The notes beneath the pieces were generated by a model. The model was given only the letters and a program-made list of their open reading frames with translations. It made no database searches and was not told the origin of the DNA. From assembly GCA_965203465.1 (NCBI GenBank), contig CBDBCR010000003.1, positions 128,001 to 192,000 on the forward strand: a stretch of 64,000 nt of DNA, read 5' to 3'. Source of the stretch: Nitrosopumilaceae archaeon. GTDB lineage: Archaea > Thermoproteota > Nitrososphaeria > Nitrososphaerales > Nitrosopumilaceae. Positions 8,259-17,871 of this stretch are shown here, piece by piece; the first letter of the stretch is position 1, and the number at the start of each line of letters is the position of its first letter. The translations under genes and the position numbers were made by a program.

Positions 8259-9855
8259 GTAACTGTTCACGTCGTTTAGGCCCGTTTACGCGTACGGCAG
8301 CAGCTCCTTCACGTAGTCCAGGCCCTGGTTCTTCCAGGTGGCGATGCACGTGAAGATGTTGCCGTAGATCTCCATGCTCTCCTCCGCCCTGAGGCTGCCG
8401 CGGATCTTGCGGTGGATGACTATCTCGCGCAGGCCGCGCTCGGCCGCGTTGTTGGTCGGCTGTATGCGCGGGTCCAGCACGAACGCGAACAGGTCGTCGG
8501 CCGCGCCTTCCAGCTTGACGAGGAACGGCCGCGAGACCGAGCTGCCCCAGTTGTCGTCGATGATGCGCCGCACGCAGCCCAGCAGCGCCGCGCGGACGCG
8601 GGCGCGCCTGGCCTTGCTCATGCGCTTTCCGGACGCGTCGCACGCGGTCCCGAAGACGCCGCGCAGCCTCTCGAGTATGTCGCGCGCGGCCGCGCTGTCG
8701 GGGTGCGCCCGGAGCAGGTACCTGGCCTCGCGCAGGATGTGCGCCCAGCAGCGCTGGCGCCTCCACCCGTTGTACGACCTCCACCCGTCGCAGACGATCA
8801 CTCCCCTGAATCCGGGCAGCACGTCGCGCAGCACGTCGCGCCCCCTGCTCGGGCGCACCACGAACAGCGAGTTGCCCGTCAGGGGGTCGAGGAAGATCCA
8901 CACCCAGACGAGCTCGCCGTTGAGTTTGAACGATGTCTCGTCGATGTGCAGCACGCCGGCGCGCTGCATGGCCAGGATCATGGCCTCGACGAACGGCTTC
9001 ATGTTGCGCCCCGTCCTGGCCAGCACGTTGCTTACCGTGCCTACGGAGACCGCCAGGCCGTCCCGGCCCATCCTGCGGGCGTTCATCCTGTGCGTCAGGC
9101 GGTCGTCGAAGTTGCTCACGACGCGCCCGCACGCGTTGCGGCCCAGCTCGCCGGCGCTCGGCAGGCCGGCGTCGGGCTCCATGCCCTTTTGGCCGCACCG
9201 ACAGCATTCGTAGACGTTTATCGTGTGGCGCGTGGTGACCGGCTCCGCGGGGGGAGGCGTCTCCGTGACGTTGCGGGTCTTTTGCCCGGTGTTCTTTATG
9301 CTGTCGGACCCGCAGTTGGGGCACTCGCTCATCGTGTGCTCCTCGAACTCGGTGGGCTCGGGCTTGCTGGTCTTGCCCGGGTGCCCCTTTTGCGCGCCCT
9401 GCTTCCTGCCGGACTTGGGCCTGTCCCTGTTCTTTTTGGCGGCGATCATTTTCTGGGTGTACGTCATCTTGGACGACGGGGTGTGCGCGTTGTCGTGGAT
9501 CTTGTTGATCTTTTCCAGCTCCTTCACCCTGCGGGCGAGCCGCGCCGACCTGTCGTCGGACTTGAGCCTCGCCTCCCTCTCGTCTTCGAGCGCCTGCCTG
9601 AGGAGCGCATTCTCGGCATCCGAGCGCAGCTTGTCGCGCTCGGCCCGGTCGGCTCTGTCCGTCTCGACGTTCAGCCGCATCTTGACCTGCTGCAGCTCGG
9701 TCCTTGCCCCCTTGAACTTGTGCTTCCACTCGGCGCACTTGCGGGTCGCTTCCCTGCAATCCAACGGCTGGCGTAAAAACGTACTAGTATTTAGATCGCT
9801 GCTGTCAAAAAAATTCACCAAGGGGTGAAAATTCAGGCACTACGTGAACAGTTAC
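8259..9855 (-). mobile_element. IS66-family (single-ORF, ISBst12-like) insertion sequence, 1597 bp
   Basis: 14-bp TIR GTAACTGTTCACGT at 8259-8272 and inverse 9842-9855; 8-bp TSD AACTGACG at 8251-8258 and 9856-9863. Confidence 0.94.
8286..9821 (-). CDS. IS66 transposase (start may be TTG at 9764)
   Basis: Coiled coil, GAQKGHPG, CPNCG...CCRCG, HIDET, VCDGWRSY, QRCWAHILRE, PTNNAAERGLR. Confidence 0.93.
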   Translation of the reverse strand: MVNFFDSSDLNTSTFLRQPLDCREATRKCAEWKHKFKGARTELQQVKMRLNVETDRADRAERDKLRSDAENALLRQALEDEREARLKSDDRSARLARRVKELEKINKIHDNAHTPSSKMTYTQKMIAAKKNRDRPKSGRKQGAQKGHPGKTSKPEPTEFEEHTMSECPNCGSDSIKNTGQKTRNVTETPPPAEPVTTRHTINVYECCRCGQKGMEPDAGLPSAGELGRNACGRVVSNFDDRLTHRMNARRMGRDGLAVSVGTVSNVLARTGRNMKPFVEAMILAMQRAGVLHIDETSFKLNGELVWVWIFLDPLTGNSLFVVRPSRGRDVLRDVLPGFRGVIVCDGWRSYNGWRRQRCWAHILREARYLLRAHPDSAAARDILERLRGVFGTACDASGKRMSKARRARVRAALLGCVRRIIDDNWGSSVSRPFLVKLEGAADDLFAFVLDPRIQPTNNAAERGLREIVIHRKIRGSLRAEESMEIYGNIFTCIATWKNQGLDYVKELLPYA

Positions 9856-9894
9856 AACTGACGCGGTACCAATCCCAAATTTTGTAAAGGTTCC

Positions 9895-10350
9895 TCAGAC
9901 GGCCCCGCCCGGCCGCCGGGATCGGCGACCGGGATCGGGTGCCAGCGACAGCGCCATCTCGTTCACCGTTTCATCGAGTTTTTCCCTCGCGCCCCCGGAT
10001 GCCGCCAGCTTGCGGAACAGCGAGGCCATCTTCAGCGCGTCCTTTCTGCTGATCTCGCCGACTGGCATGGCGGGCAGCTCCAGCAGGTCGCCCGGCTCGA
10101 ATTTGTGCAGCCCGCTGCCGTACTCGCGCCTCGCCCGCTTCTGCACGGCCGCGCACAGCTCCGAGTTGAGGTAGCACAGCAGCGCCTCTGTCAGGCGGTC
10201 GTCGCCGAAGCGCGGGTACACGCCGTGGTACGACGCGAGGTTCAGGCAGCCGGCCCTGTTGCGGATGAACCTCATGTTGTCCCTGCTGAAGACCGTCGAG
10301 AGCACGGGCGCGGCGGGCCGGCCCCGCCCGGCGCTCACCGCGCGCCAAAG
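9895..10350 (-). pseudogene. Orphan C-terminal (TaqI_C/target-recognition-like) fragment of a gamma-class DNA methyltransferase
   Basis: 'LLCYLNSE...RREYGSGLHKFEPGDLLELP' resembles the C-terminus of Eco57I/TaqI-like MTases; no catalytic domain upstream (cdc48 stop at 10374). Confidence 0.6.
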
Positions 10351-10373
10351 CGCGGCGCCGATCAAAAGGCGCG

Positions 10374-12539
10374 CTACCCGTAGAACGCCTTGTCTGCCGC
10401 GCGCGGCACCGCGTCGGACATGCTCTGCCGCACCGAGTCGTACCACGCGTCCACGTCCTTCGATATGGACGGGCGCACGTTCTCCAGGCCGGCGGCGAAG
10501 TTGGCGCTGCTTATCTTCTCAGAGCCCTCCCTCATGGCGTGCACGGCGGCCTCGCGGCACAGCGCCGCCAGGTCGGCCCCGGTGTAGTTGCGCGTGGCCA
10601 CGGCCACCTCCTCGGGCCGCACGTCGGCGGCCAGCGGCATGCCCTCCGTGAGGGCCCGTATTATCTCGAGGCGCCCGGCCTCGTCTGGCGGCGGCACGTA
10701 CAGCACCAGGTCCAGGCGGCCGGTGCGCAGCAGGGCGCGGTCGAGCAGATCCGGCCGGTTGGTCATGCCCAGCACCACCACGCGCGAGGACGACCCCACG
10801 TCCTCCATCTCGGTGAGCATCTGCGTGAGTATGCTGTCGCCTGCGTGCGTGCCGTCCTCGGATCGGTTGCGCGCGAGCGCGTCCATCTCGTCAAAGACCA
10901 CCACGCACGGGGACGCGGCCTTTGCCTTGCGGAATATCTCGCGGACAGCCTTTTCCGATTCTCCGACCCACTTTGACAGTATGCCGGGCCCGCGCACCAT
11001 TATCAGGTTGGCGCCGCTCTCGGAGGCAAGCGCCCTGCCCAGCAGGGTCTTGCCGCACCCGGGCGGGCCGTACAGCAGCGCCCCGCGCGGCGGCCTCACC
11101 CCCATCCTGGCGAACTTTGATGGATCGCGCAGGGCCGCCACGAGGTTGTCCTCCAGCGACTGCTTTGCGCCGCCGAGGCCGCCCACCTCGCCCCACGACA
11201 CGCGCGGCCGCTCCACGTAAAACTCGCGCATGGCCGTGGGCACGACCTCGTGCATGGCCTCGTAAAAGTCGCCCGGCTGCACCTCCATCGACTTTAGCAC
11301 GCGCGCCGGGATCTTTTCGGTCTCGAGGTCTATGGACGGCAGGTACCTGCGCATGGCGTGGAGCGCGGCCTCGCGGCACAGCGAGCGTATGTCCGCCCCC
11401 GTGTACCCGTGCAGGTCCGAGGCCAGCCCCTTCAGATCCACGCCGCCGGCAAGAGGCATGCCGCGCGTGTGTATCTGCAGTATCTCGTGCCTGCCGTCCT
11501 CGTTGGGGACCGATATCTCGAACTCGCGGTCGAACCTGCCGGGCCTGCGCAGCGCGGGATCCACCCCGTCGGGCCGGTTGGTCGCGCCGAGCACCACCAC
11601 GTTGCCCCGCTCGTCGAGGCCGTCCATGAGGGCGAGCAGCTGCGCGACCACGCGCTTTTCCACGTCGCCGTATGCCTCCTCCCTGCGCGGGGCCAGCGCG
11701 TCTATCTCGTCGATGAACAGGATGCTCGGCGAGTTGTCGCGCGCCTCCTGGAATATCTCGCGCAGGCGCGCCTCGGATTCCCCGTAGTACTTGTTCATGA
11801 TTTCGGGGCCGTTTATGGAGTACATGGACGCCTCGGATTCGCTTGCCAGCGCCTTTGCCAGCATGGTCTTGCCGCAGCCCGGCGGGCCGTACAGCAGCAC
11901 GCCGCTGTGCGCCTCGATGCCCAGCCTGGCAGAGACCTCGGGGTGGCGCAGGGGCACCTCGACTATCTCCTTCATGGCCGAGATGGCCGGCCCCAGGCCG
12001 CCGACCTCCTCGTACGTCACGCTCGGCTTGCGGTCCATCGATTCGGCAGATATGGACAGGTCCGTCGAGCGCCCTATGCGCGCCACCGAGCGCGGCAGGA
12101 CGCGGGCCACCTTGAAGTCCATCGAGTTGCCCAGTATCATCACGGAGATCTCGTCGCCCTGCGATACGGGCATGCCGTTGAGCCTCCCGCGCACGAACTC
12201 CACAAAGTCGCCGTCCTGCGCGACCGGCTCGCCGAGCGGCACCAGCGAGGCCGACTTTGCCGCCCGCGACTGCACGCGCCGCACCCGGACGGGCTCGCCC
12301 AGCGAGGCGCCCGAATTCTTGCGCGTCTGCCCGTCGATGCGGACCAGGTCGGCCGAGCGCTCGTCCTCGTCGGCGGGCCACACCACGGCGCTGCTCGTGC
12401 GGGCGCCGCGCACCTCGACTACGTCGCCGGGCGCCGCGTTGAGCGCGTCCATGGCCGACGGGCCGATGCGCGCGCGCTTTTTGCCGATGTCGCGCTGCTT
12501 GGCCTCGCCCACCTTCATCTCGAGGCCCGGGCGCGCCAT
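10374..12539 (-). CDS. cdc48: CDC48/VCP AAA+ ATPase
   Basis: N-domain plus two GPPGCGKT Walker A, IDEIDA/FDEMDA, ALRRPGRFDRE. Confidence 0.96.
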   Translation of the reverse strand: MARPGLEMKVGEAKQRDIGKKRARIGPSAMDALNAAPGDVVEVRGARTSSAVVWPADEDERSADLVRIDGQTRKNSGASLGEPVRVRRVQSRAAKSASLVPLGEPVAQDGDFVEFVRGRLNGMPVSQGDEISVMILGNSMDFKVARVLPRSVARIGRSTDLSISAESMDRKPSVTYEEVGGLGPAISAMKEIVEVPLRHPEVSARLGIEAHSGVLLYGPPGCGKTMLAKALASESEASMYSINGPEIMNKYYGESEARLREIFQEARDNSPSILFIDEIDALAPRREEAYGDVEKRVVAQLLALMDGLDERGNVVVLGATNRPDGVDPALRRPGRFDREFEISVPNEDGRHEILQIHTRGMPLAGGVDLKGLASDLHGYTGADIRSLCREAALHAMRRYLPSIDLETEKIPARVLKSMEVQPGDFYEAMHEVVPTAMREFYVERPRVSWGEVGGLGGAKQSLEDNLVAALRDPSKFARMGVRPPRGALLYGPPGCGKTLLGRALASESGANLIMVRGPGILSKWVGESEKAVREIFRKAKAASPCVVVFDEMDALARNRSEDGTHAGDSILTQMLTEMEDVGSSSRVVVLGMTNRPDLLDRALLRTGRLDLVLYVPPPDEAGRLEIIRALTEGMPLAADVRPEEVAVATRNYTGADLAALCREAAVHAMREGSEKISSANFAAGLENVRPSISKDVDAWYDSVRQSMSDAVPRAADKAFYG

Positions 12540-12540
12540 G

Positions 12541-12822
12541 TCACTTCATGTCTACGGACATGCGGCTCTGCTGGAGTATCTCCATCTCGCTGACGCCCTC
12601 GACGCCGCGCACCGCCGACTCCGTGCCCTCCAAGAGGCCCCCCGCGTCGTCCATGACCAGCTGCAGCTTCAGGTAGTGTATGCCGAAGGCAAGCGGCTCC
12701 TTGGAGTGGCCGCGCACCGACACCCCGCCTGGCAGCGCCGACTTTATCGATTCTGCCATCGAATCCAAGTCCACCTCGGCGCCGGACGGTAGCACCTTGT
12801 ACACCAGCAGCAGCTTGGCCAA
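12541..12822 (-). CDS. ef1b: Elongation factor 1-beta
   Basis: MAKLLLVYKVLP...EPLAFGIHYL...VEGVSE; TTG start at 12822. Confidence 0.88.
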   Translation of the reverse strand: MAKLLLVYKVLPSGAEVDLDSMAESIKSALPGGVSVRGHSKEPLAFGIHYLKLQLVMDDAGGLLEGTESAVRGVEGVSEMEILQQSRMSVDMK

Positions 12823-12824
12823 GG

Positions 12825-13001
12825 CTACGGCCCCCCGAACCCGCACCCGCAAGAGTATTCTTTTGCCGACTCGCGGCAGCTCTGGCAGCGCCAGATCTCG
12901 ATCTGGCCGCATTCCGGGCAGCCGAATTTCACGCACTTGTCGTTGGGCATTATGTGCCTGCTGCAGCAGCTGCAGACGGGCAGCGACATGGCGGACGACA
13001 C
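12825..13001 (-). CDS. Zn-ribbon RNA-binding protein (DUF1610-like)
   Basis: Not in ORF track; MSSAMSLPVCSCCSRHIMPNDKCVKFGCPECGQIEIWRCQSCRESAKEYSCGCGFGGP*; conserved archaeal neighbour of EF-1beta. Confidence 0.88.
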   Translation of the reverse strand: MSSAMSLPVCSCCSRHIMPNDKCVKFGCPECGQIEIWRCQSCRESAKEYSCGCGFGGP

Positions 13002-13074
13002 TGCGCGCGCGGCCCGGGCGTGCTCATTTATACGTTCGCGAACACTTTAAGCCGGCCGCCCGGCGCGCCGGGGG

Positions 13075-14496
13075 GTGGAAAGGGCCGGAAAGTTCGAGTA
13101 CAGGATAGAGCCGCGCGACGGCATGCGCGTGCCGGTGCGCGTGTACGCGGGCGAGGCCCTCGCCGCCAAGATGTCCTCGGACAGGACGCTCGGGCAGGCG
13201 GCCAACGTGGCCTCGCTGCCCGGCATCGTCGGGCACGTGGTGGTCCTGCCCGACGGCCACGAGGGGTACGGGTTCCCGGTAGGAGGGGTGGCAGCGACGG
13301 ACGAAAAGGAGGGCGTCGTCAGCCCCGGCGGCGTGGGCTACGACATCAACTGCGGCGTGCGCCTCATAAGGACCCCGCTGGAGGCCTCGAAAATAGGCCC
13401 AAAGATTCCAGAGCTTGCGACCGAGCTGTTCCGCTCCATACCGTCCGGCGTCGGATCAAAGGGGGCCGTGCGGCTCTCCGGGGGGCAGCTCGACGAGGTG
13501 ATGGTGCGCGGCGCGCGCTGGGCCGTCGACAACGGCTACGGCGCGGCGGGCGACGCCGAGGTGTGCGAGGAGGGAGGCAGCATGGCCGGCGCCGATCCGG
13601 GCCGCGTCTCGGAGAGGGCGCGCAAGCGCGGCGCCCCGCAGCTGGGGAGCCTGGGCTCGGGCAACCACTTTCTGGAGATCCAGAGGGTCGAGAGCGTGCA
13701 CGACGAGCGGGCCGCGCGCGCCATGGGCCTCGAGGAGGGCATGGTGACCGTGCTAGTGCACTGCGGCTCGCGCGGGTTCGGCCACCAGGTGTGCAGCGAC
13801 TACCTGCGCGTGGCAGAGCAGGCCATGCAAAAGTACGGCATACGCCTGCCCGACCGCGAGCTTGCGTGCGTGCCCAACGGCTCCGAGGAGGGCGCGTCGT
13901 ACAGGGCCGCCATGGCGGCCGCGCTCAACTTCGCGTGGGCCAACCGGCAGATGCTCACGCACTGGACGCGCAAGGCGGTCTCGCGCGTGGCCGGCATCGC
14001 GGAGGACGCGATGGAACTTGTATACGACGTCTCGCACAACATAGCAAAGACCGAAGAGCACCGCGTGGACGGAAAGCTCAGGCGCGTGGTGGTCCACCGC
14101 AAGGGCGCCACGCGCGCGTTCCCGGCCGGGCGCGGCGAGGTGCCCTCCAGGTACCGCTCCACGGGGCAGCCAGTATTCATACCCGGCTCGATGGGGACGG
14201 CGAGCTGGGTGCTGCTGGGCGGGCCAGGCTCGATGGAGCTCAGCTTTGGCTCGACGGCGCACGGGGCCGGCAGGACGATGTCCAGATCAAGGGCCAAGAG
14301 GCAGTACACCGAAGAGCAGGTGCGCGGCGAGCTCGGCGAGCGCGGCATACAGGTGCGGGCGCTCACGCGCAACGGCGTGGTCGAAGAGGCGCCGCAGGCC
14401 TACAAGGACGTCGACGCCGTCGCCGAGGTCTCCGATTCGCTGGGCATAGCCACCAAGGTGGCGAGGCTCGTCCCCATGGGGGTGATAAAGGGGTGA
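13075..14496 (+). CDS. rtcB: RNA-splicing ligase RtcB
   Basis: LPDGHEGYGFPVGG, GYDINCG, GSGNHFLE, HCGSRG, YDVSHN, HRKGAT, STAHGAGR, EEAPQAYKD. Confidence 0.97.
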   Translation: MERAGKFEYRIEPRDGMRVPVRVYAGEALAAKMSSDRTLGQAANVASLPGIVGHVVVLPDGHEGYGFPVGGVAATDEKEGVVSPGGVGYDINCGVRLIRTPLEASKIGPKIPELATELFRSIPSGVGSKGAVRLSGGQLDEVMVRGARWAVDNGYGAAGDAEVCEEGGSMAGADPGRVSERARKRGAPQLGSLGSGNHFLEIQRVESVHDERAARAMGLEEGMVTVLVHCGSRGFGHQVCSDYLRVAEQAMQKYGIRLPDRELACVPNGSEEGASYRAAMAAALNFAWANRQMLTHWTRKAVSRVAGIAEDAMELVYDVSHNIAKTEEHRVDGKLRRVVVHRKGATRAFPAGRGEVPSRYRSTGQPVFIPGSMGTASWVLLGGPGSMELSFGSTAHGAGRTMSRSRAKRQYTEEQVRGELGERGIQVRALTRNGVVEEAPQAYKDVDAVAEVSDSLGIATKVARLVPMGVIKG

Positions 14497-14870
14497 GCGG
14501 CGATCCGGAGCTGGACAGGCTCATGGCCAAGAGGATGGAGGAGATGCGCCGCAGCGCCGAGCGCCCCGAGCCCGAGCCCGAAAAGCCCGGCGCGCGCGCG
14601 GCCCTGGTGGCGGCGCTGGGGCACCGCGGCATGGAGGTGCTGGAGAACGCCGAGCGGCAGTTTCCCGGCTCCGCCCCGGCCGTCGTGGAGCAGCTGGGCA
14701 GGCTGCTGATCTCGGGGGCCGCGATCGGCCCCGTCGACGGCGGCGAGCTGCTGGCCGTGTTCAGATCCGTCGGCCTGGACGTGCGCGTCTCTACTACCAT
14801 ACGCGTCGAAAAGGACGGCAAGATGGTCAGCCTGGCGGACAGGATGGCGGGCGGATCCGATGAACTTTGA
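14493..14870 (+). CDS. PDCD5/MTH1615-like dsDNA-binding protein
   Basis: GTG overlaps rtcB stop; MSGDPELDRLMAKRMEEMRR...VVEQLGRLL...VDGGELL. Confidence 0.7.
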   Translation: MSGDPELDRLMAKRMEEMRRSAERPEPEPEKPGARAALVAALGHRGMEVLENAERQFPGSAPAVVEQLGRLLISGAAIGPVDGGELLAVFRSVGLDVRVSTTIRVEKDGKMVSLADRMAGGSDEL

Positions 14871-15162
14871 GATCGGCAGCGCCTCGTACGGCGAGGACTC
14901 TGTTCGCATAAAGACGGCCTTTTCCCACCTAGAGACGCGCTGCTCGGCGCAGGGCGGCTTCAGCTCCGGCGAGCCCGTCTCCCGGATGGGCTGGACGTTC
15001 TTTACGGTCTCGCTGCGCGCCGACCTGGAGGACGGGATAGCATCGGTCTTTGGCGACATGGTATCGAGGTACAGCGAAAAAGAGCCGGAGAAAAAGACCG
15101 CCCGGTTCCTTTCCGACTATCTTGAGTCGCGCGGCTGCTCCGTCAAGGTCAGGCCGGCCTAG
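14860..15162 (+). CDS. Conserved hypothetical protein
   Basis: 100-aa ORF overlapping upstream stop, normal composition. Confidence 0.65.
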   Translation: MNFEIGSASYGEDSVRIKTAFSHLETRCSAQGGFSSGEPVSRMGWTFFTVSLRADLEDGIASVFGDMVSRYSEKEPEKKTARFLSDYLESRGCSVKVRPA

Positions 15163-15839
15163 ACCCTGCGCCCGCGCTTGCCGCCCTTTTTGCGGGTCGT
15201 GTCGTGCGGTATCGGCGTGACGTCGTCTATCCTCCCTATCTCGAAGCCGCCCCGCGCGAGCGCCCTGATGGCGGCCTGCGCGCCGGGGCCCGGCACGCGC
15301 GAGCCCATGCCGCCGACGGCCCTGACGCGTATGTGGAAGCTGGTGAATCCCTTGGAGCGGGCCGCCTCGACTACGTGGTTTGCGGCCTTCATGGCCGCGA
15401 ACGGCGAGGATTCGTACCTGTCCGCGTTGACGTGTATGCCGCCGGAGCTTATCGAGACGGTCTCGGCGCCGGTAAGATCGGTCATGTGGATTATCGTGTT
15501 GTTGTAGCTGCTGTAGATGTGCGCGATGCCCCACTTTTTCTCCTCCTGCGGCTCGGCCGCCTGCGGGGCGCCCTCGACTATCTCGACGTCGGGTCTGTGC
15601 TGCTCTGCGGCTGCGGGCTCTTTGGGGGCCTCTGCGGCCGTCTCTTTGGCGGGTTCCCCCGCCGGTTCTGCGGCGGCTGGCTCTGGCGCTGAGGCTGCAG
15701 GCTCTTTGGGGGCCTCTGCAGGTGGCTCCTCTTTGGCAAGTTCCCCTGCCGGCTCTGAGGCTGCGGGCTCTTTGGGGGCCTCTGCGGCCGGCTCTTTGGG
15801 GGCCTCTGCTGCACGCTCCGTTCCGGGCTCGTCTGGCAC
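15159..15839 (-). CDS. rps11: 30S ribosomal protein uS11 with repetitive acidic N-terminal extension
   Basis: [56 protein letters not shown]; GTG start inferred. Confidence 0.94.
   Translation of the reverse strand: MPDEPGTERAAEAPKEPAAEAPKEPAASEPAGELAKEEPPAEAPKEPAASAPEPAAAEPAGEPAKETAAEAPKEPAAAEQHRPDVEIVEGAPQAAEPQEEKKWGIAHIYSSYNNTIIHMTDLTGAETVSISSGGIHVNADRYESSPFAAMKAANHVVEAARSKGFTSFHIRVRAVGGMGSRVPGPGAQAAIRALARGGFEIGRIDDVTPIPHDTTRKKGGKRGRRV
15605..15812 (-). repeat. Intragenic repeats encoding AEAPKEPAA in uS11 extension
   Basis: GGCTCTTTGGGGGCCTCTGC occurs four times. Confidence 0.85.
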
Positions 15840-15887
15840 GCGGCTCTGCCACGGCCGGGGTTTAAAAAACATTGAGAAGCTACTAAC

Positions 15888-17831
15888 GTGTAGACTCAGG
15901 TCGATTTGACTGCCGTGCCCAGGCCGCTCCGGCTTGGCATGCGCGGCGCCGTTGCGCGCGGGATCGGGCTCCGCTGCGCGGCGAAACGGCGCCGGGCCGC
16001 CGTCCGGCGGCGGATCGGCCCAACTACAGCCGGGGCCGGAGAACGGCCCCTGTTTGCGGCGCGCGTTCGCGCCCTGGGCGGATGCGGGTCAGGCGGCGGC
16101 GCCCGAAAAGACTGCCGGGCGCCGGGCCTGCGCGCCAAGGGGCGGCCCGGGGCCGTCTGCGTGCGCGAACATGTCCCAGTTCCGGTCGCGCGCCGTCATC
16201 CGCACGACGGTGGACGGCCAGACGCCGAGGTTCTCGGCCGTGCGGAACACCGTCGAAAAGACCGACATGCGCCTCATTCCGCCGTGGTTCTTCAGCTGCC
16301 GCCGCACCCGCCTCTCCCTGGCCGGCCCGGCGTGCAGCTCCTGCTCGGCGCGGTTGTTGTGGGGCGGCATGCCCGGGTGCTTTAGGAAAGTGAACATCGT
16401 CGGCAGCGATTTCGTCAGGGCGGTGTTGATCTCGTGGCCCTCCCCGTACATGTCGGCGATCGCCCGCACCTGCCCCTCCAGTTTGGCTATGGCCTCGGGG
16501 GGCGCGGTGTCCATGTACTTTATGTTGAAGTATATGCCGAGCAGGAGCAGGTACGGGATCAAGTCCGACCCCTTGCCGGACCGCACGGCGCATTTCTCGG
16601 CGCGGCGCAGTATGTGGATCAGGCACGACTGCCTCACCGGCAGGTACGCGTACACGGCGTACTCGTCGGTTATGGACGGGATGTCGTGCATGCCGGAAAA
16701 AAAGACATCCAGGACGGCCCGCGCCCTGCTGCCCGCCACGACGATGAATACCGCCGGCCCCCAGCAGACCAGCCACACGTACCCGATCTTGCCGGCGATT
16801 ATGATGGGCATCTCGTCGCGGTGGACGTACGTGGCGTGCTTGATTATGTAGTCGCGCACGAGCAGCGCCAGCTTTTCCAAGAGCTCGGTCAGCGCCGTGC
16901 GCGCCGAGAGCGCGGAGTTGGGGCAGACGCGCAGGCCGTGCAGCCTCTCCAGAAAGCGCGATATTGCCCTGTCGGTGGCGTGTTCGGCCGCGTATTCGGC
17001 CACGATTCCGAGCATGCGCGGGCCCATGTGCGTCCCCCTTATCGACGGAGAGTCGGCCACCACTATCTTCCTGCACCTGCAGCACCACGCCCTCTCGGCC
17101 GCGACCGCGACCGTCTTGCCCTGCTCCACCAGAAGCTTTACGCTCGGGCGCTCGGCCGACAGGCTCCCGGCGCTTCCGCACAGGGGGCACGCGTCCAGTC
17201 CGTACCGCGCGACCTCGTCGGCCTTGCGGCTGTGCGATATTCCCTTGTGCCCCACCGGCGGGCCGATCCGCCTGGTTCCGGCCTGCTTGTCGTACGTCCC
17301 GTGCTTTTTGCGGAACTCGGCGCGCTTGCGGTTGTAGTCCTTGGCGCTCGGGTTGTTGTGGTTGTCGTACATGTCCAGCTTTCTGTTGGCCTCTTTCAGC
17401 TGGCTTCTGAGCTCCTTTACCAGGTCGCTTTCCGGCTGCTGCGCGTCCTTGCCCTGCCCGCCCGCGCAGCGGGGGCAGGGTCCGGCGTTCTGCGCGGCCG
17501 AGTTCAGCTTCAGCTCCGCTATCTCGCGCTCGTACGCCAGAAACTGCGCTTCCGCGTAGTCCTTGTACCCGGCGTGATCCTTCTCGATCTGATCTTTCTC
17601 CCGCACGGCCTTGACCAGCTCCCTGCGCACTATCGTGGTTTCCGAGTCCGGCACGGCCTGCCCCGGATCCGGAGATCAATAAACCCATACGGTCAAAAAA
17701 ATTACAGCTTTGAAGTGCTGAAAATTGACCCGGCAGGCCCCCGGCGGCCCGAAACGCCGCCGGAACCCCCTCCGACGGCCTCCCGTGCCGGTATCCTCAG
17801 GCACGGCCTCTAAGTCGACCTGAGTCTACAC
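15888..17831 (-). mobile_element. IS66-like insertion sequence with atypical ends, 1944 bp
   Basis: 17-bp TIR GTGTAGACTCAGGTCGA at 15888-15904 and inverse 17815-17831; 9-bp TSD GCTACTAAC at 15879-15887 and 17832-17840. Confidence 0.92.
16089..17654 (-). CDS. IS66-family transposase
   Basis: GPPVGHKG, CPLCG...CCRC, HRDEMP, ITDEYAVY, QSCLIHILRR, HNNRAEQELH. Confidence 0.88.
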   Translation of the reverse strand: MPDSETTIVRRELVKAVREKDQIEKDHAGYKDYAEAQFLAYEREIAELKLNSAAQNAGPCPRCAGGQGKDAQQPESDLVKELRSQLKEANRKLDMYDNHNNPSAKDYNRKRAEFRKKHGTYDKQAGTRRIGPPVGHKGISHSRKADEVARYGLDACPLCGSAGSLSAERPSVKLLVEQGKTVAVAAERAWCCRCRKIVVADSPSIRGTHMGPRMLGIVAEYAAEHATDRAISRFLERLHGLRVCPNSALSARTALTELLEKLALLVRDYIIKHATYVHRDEMPIIIAGKIGYVWLVCWGPAVFIVVAGSRARAVLDVFFSGMHDIPSITDEYAVYAYLPVRQSCLIHILRRAEKCAVRSGKGSDLIPYLLLLGIYFNIKYMDTAPPEAIAKLEGQVRAIADMYGEGHEINTALTKSLPTMFTFLKHPGMPPHNNRAEQELHAGPARERRVRRQLKNHGGMRRMSVFSTVFRTAENLGVWPSTVVRMTARDRNWDMFAHADGPGPPLGAQARRPAVFSGAAA

Positions 17832-17871
17832 GCTACTAACTTATACCCGCGCGGCCGCCGACTCTTCGAGG

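Noticed and set aside
13075-14496. Intein in RtcB (or in Cdc48/SufB)
   Set aside because: Proteins are normal length with contiguous motifs
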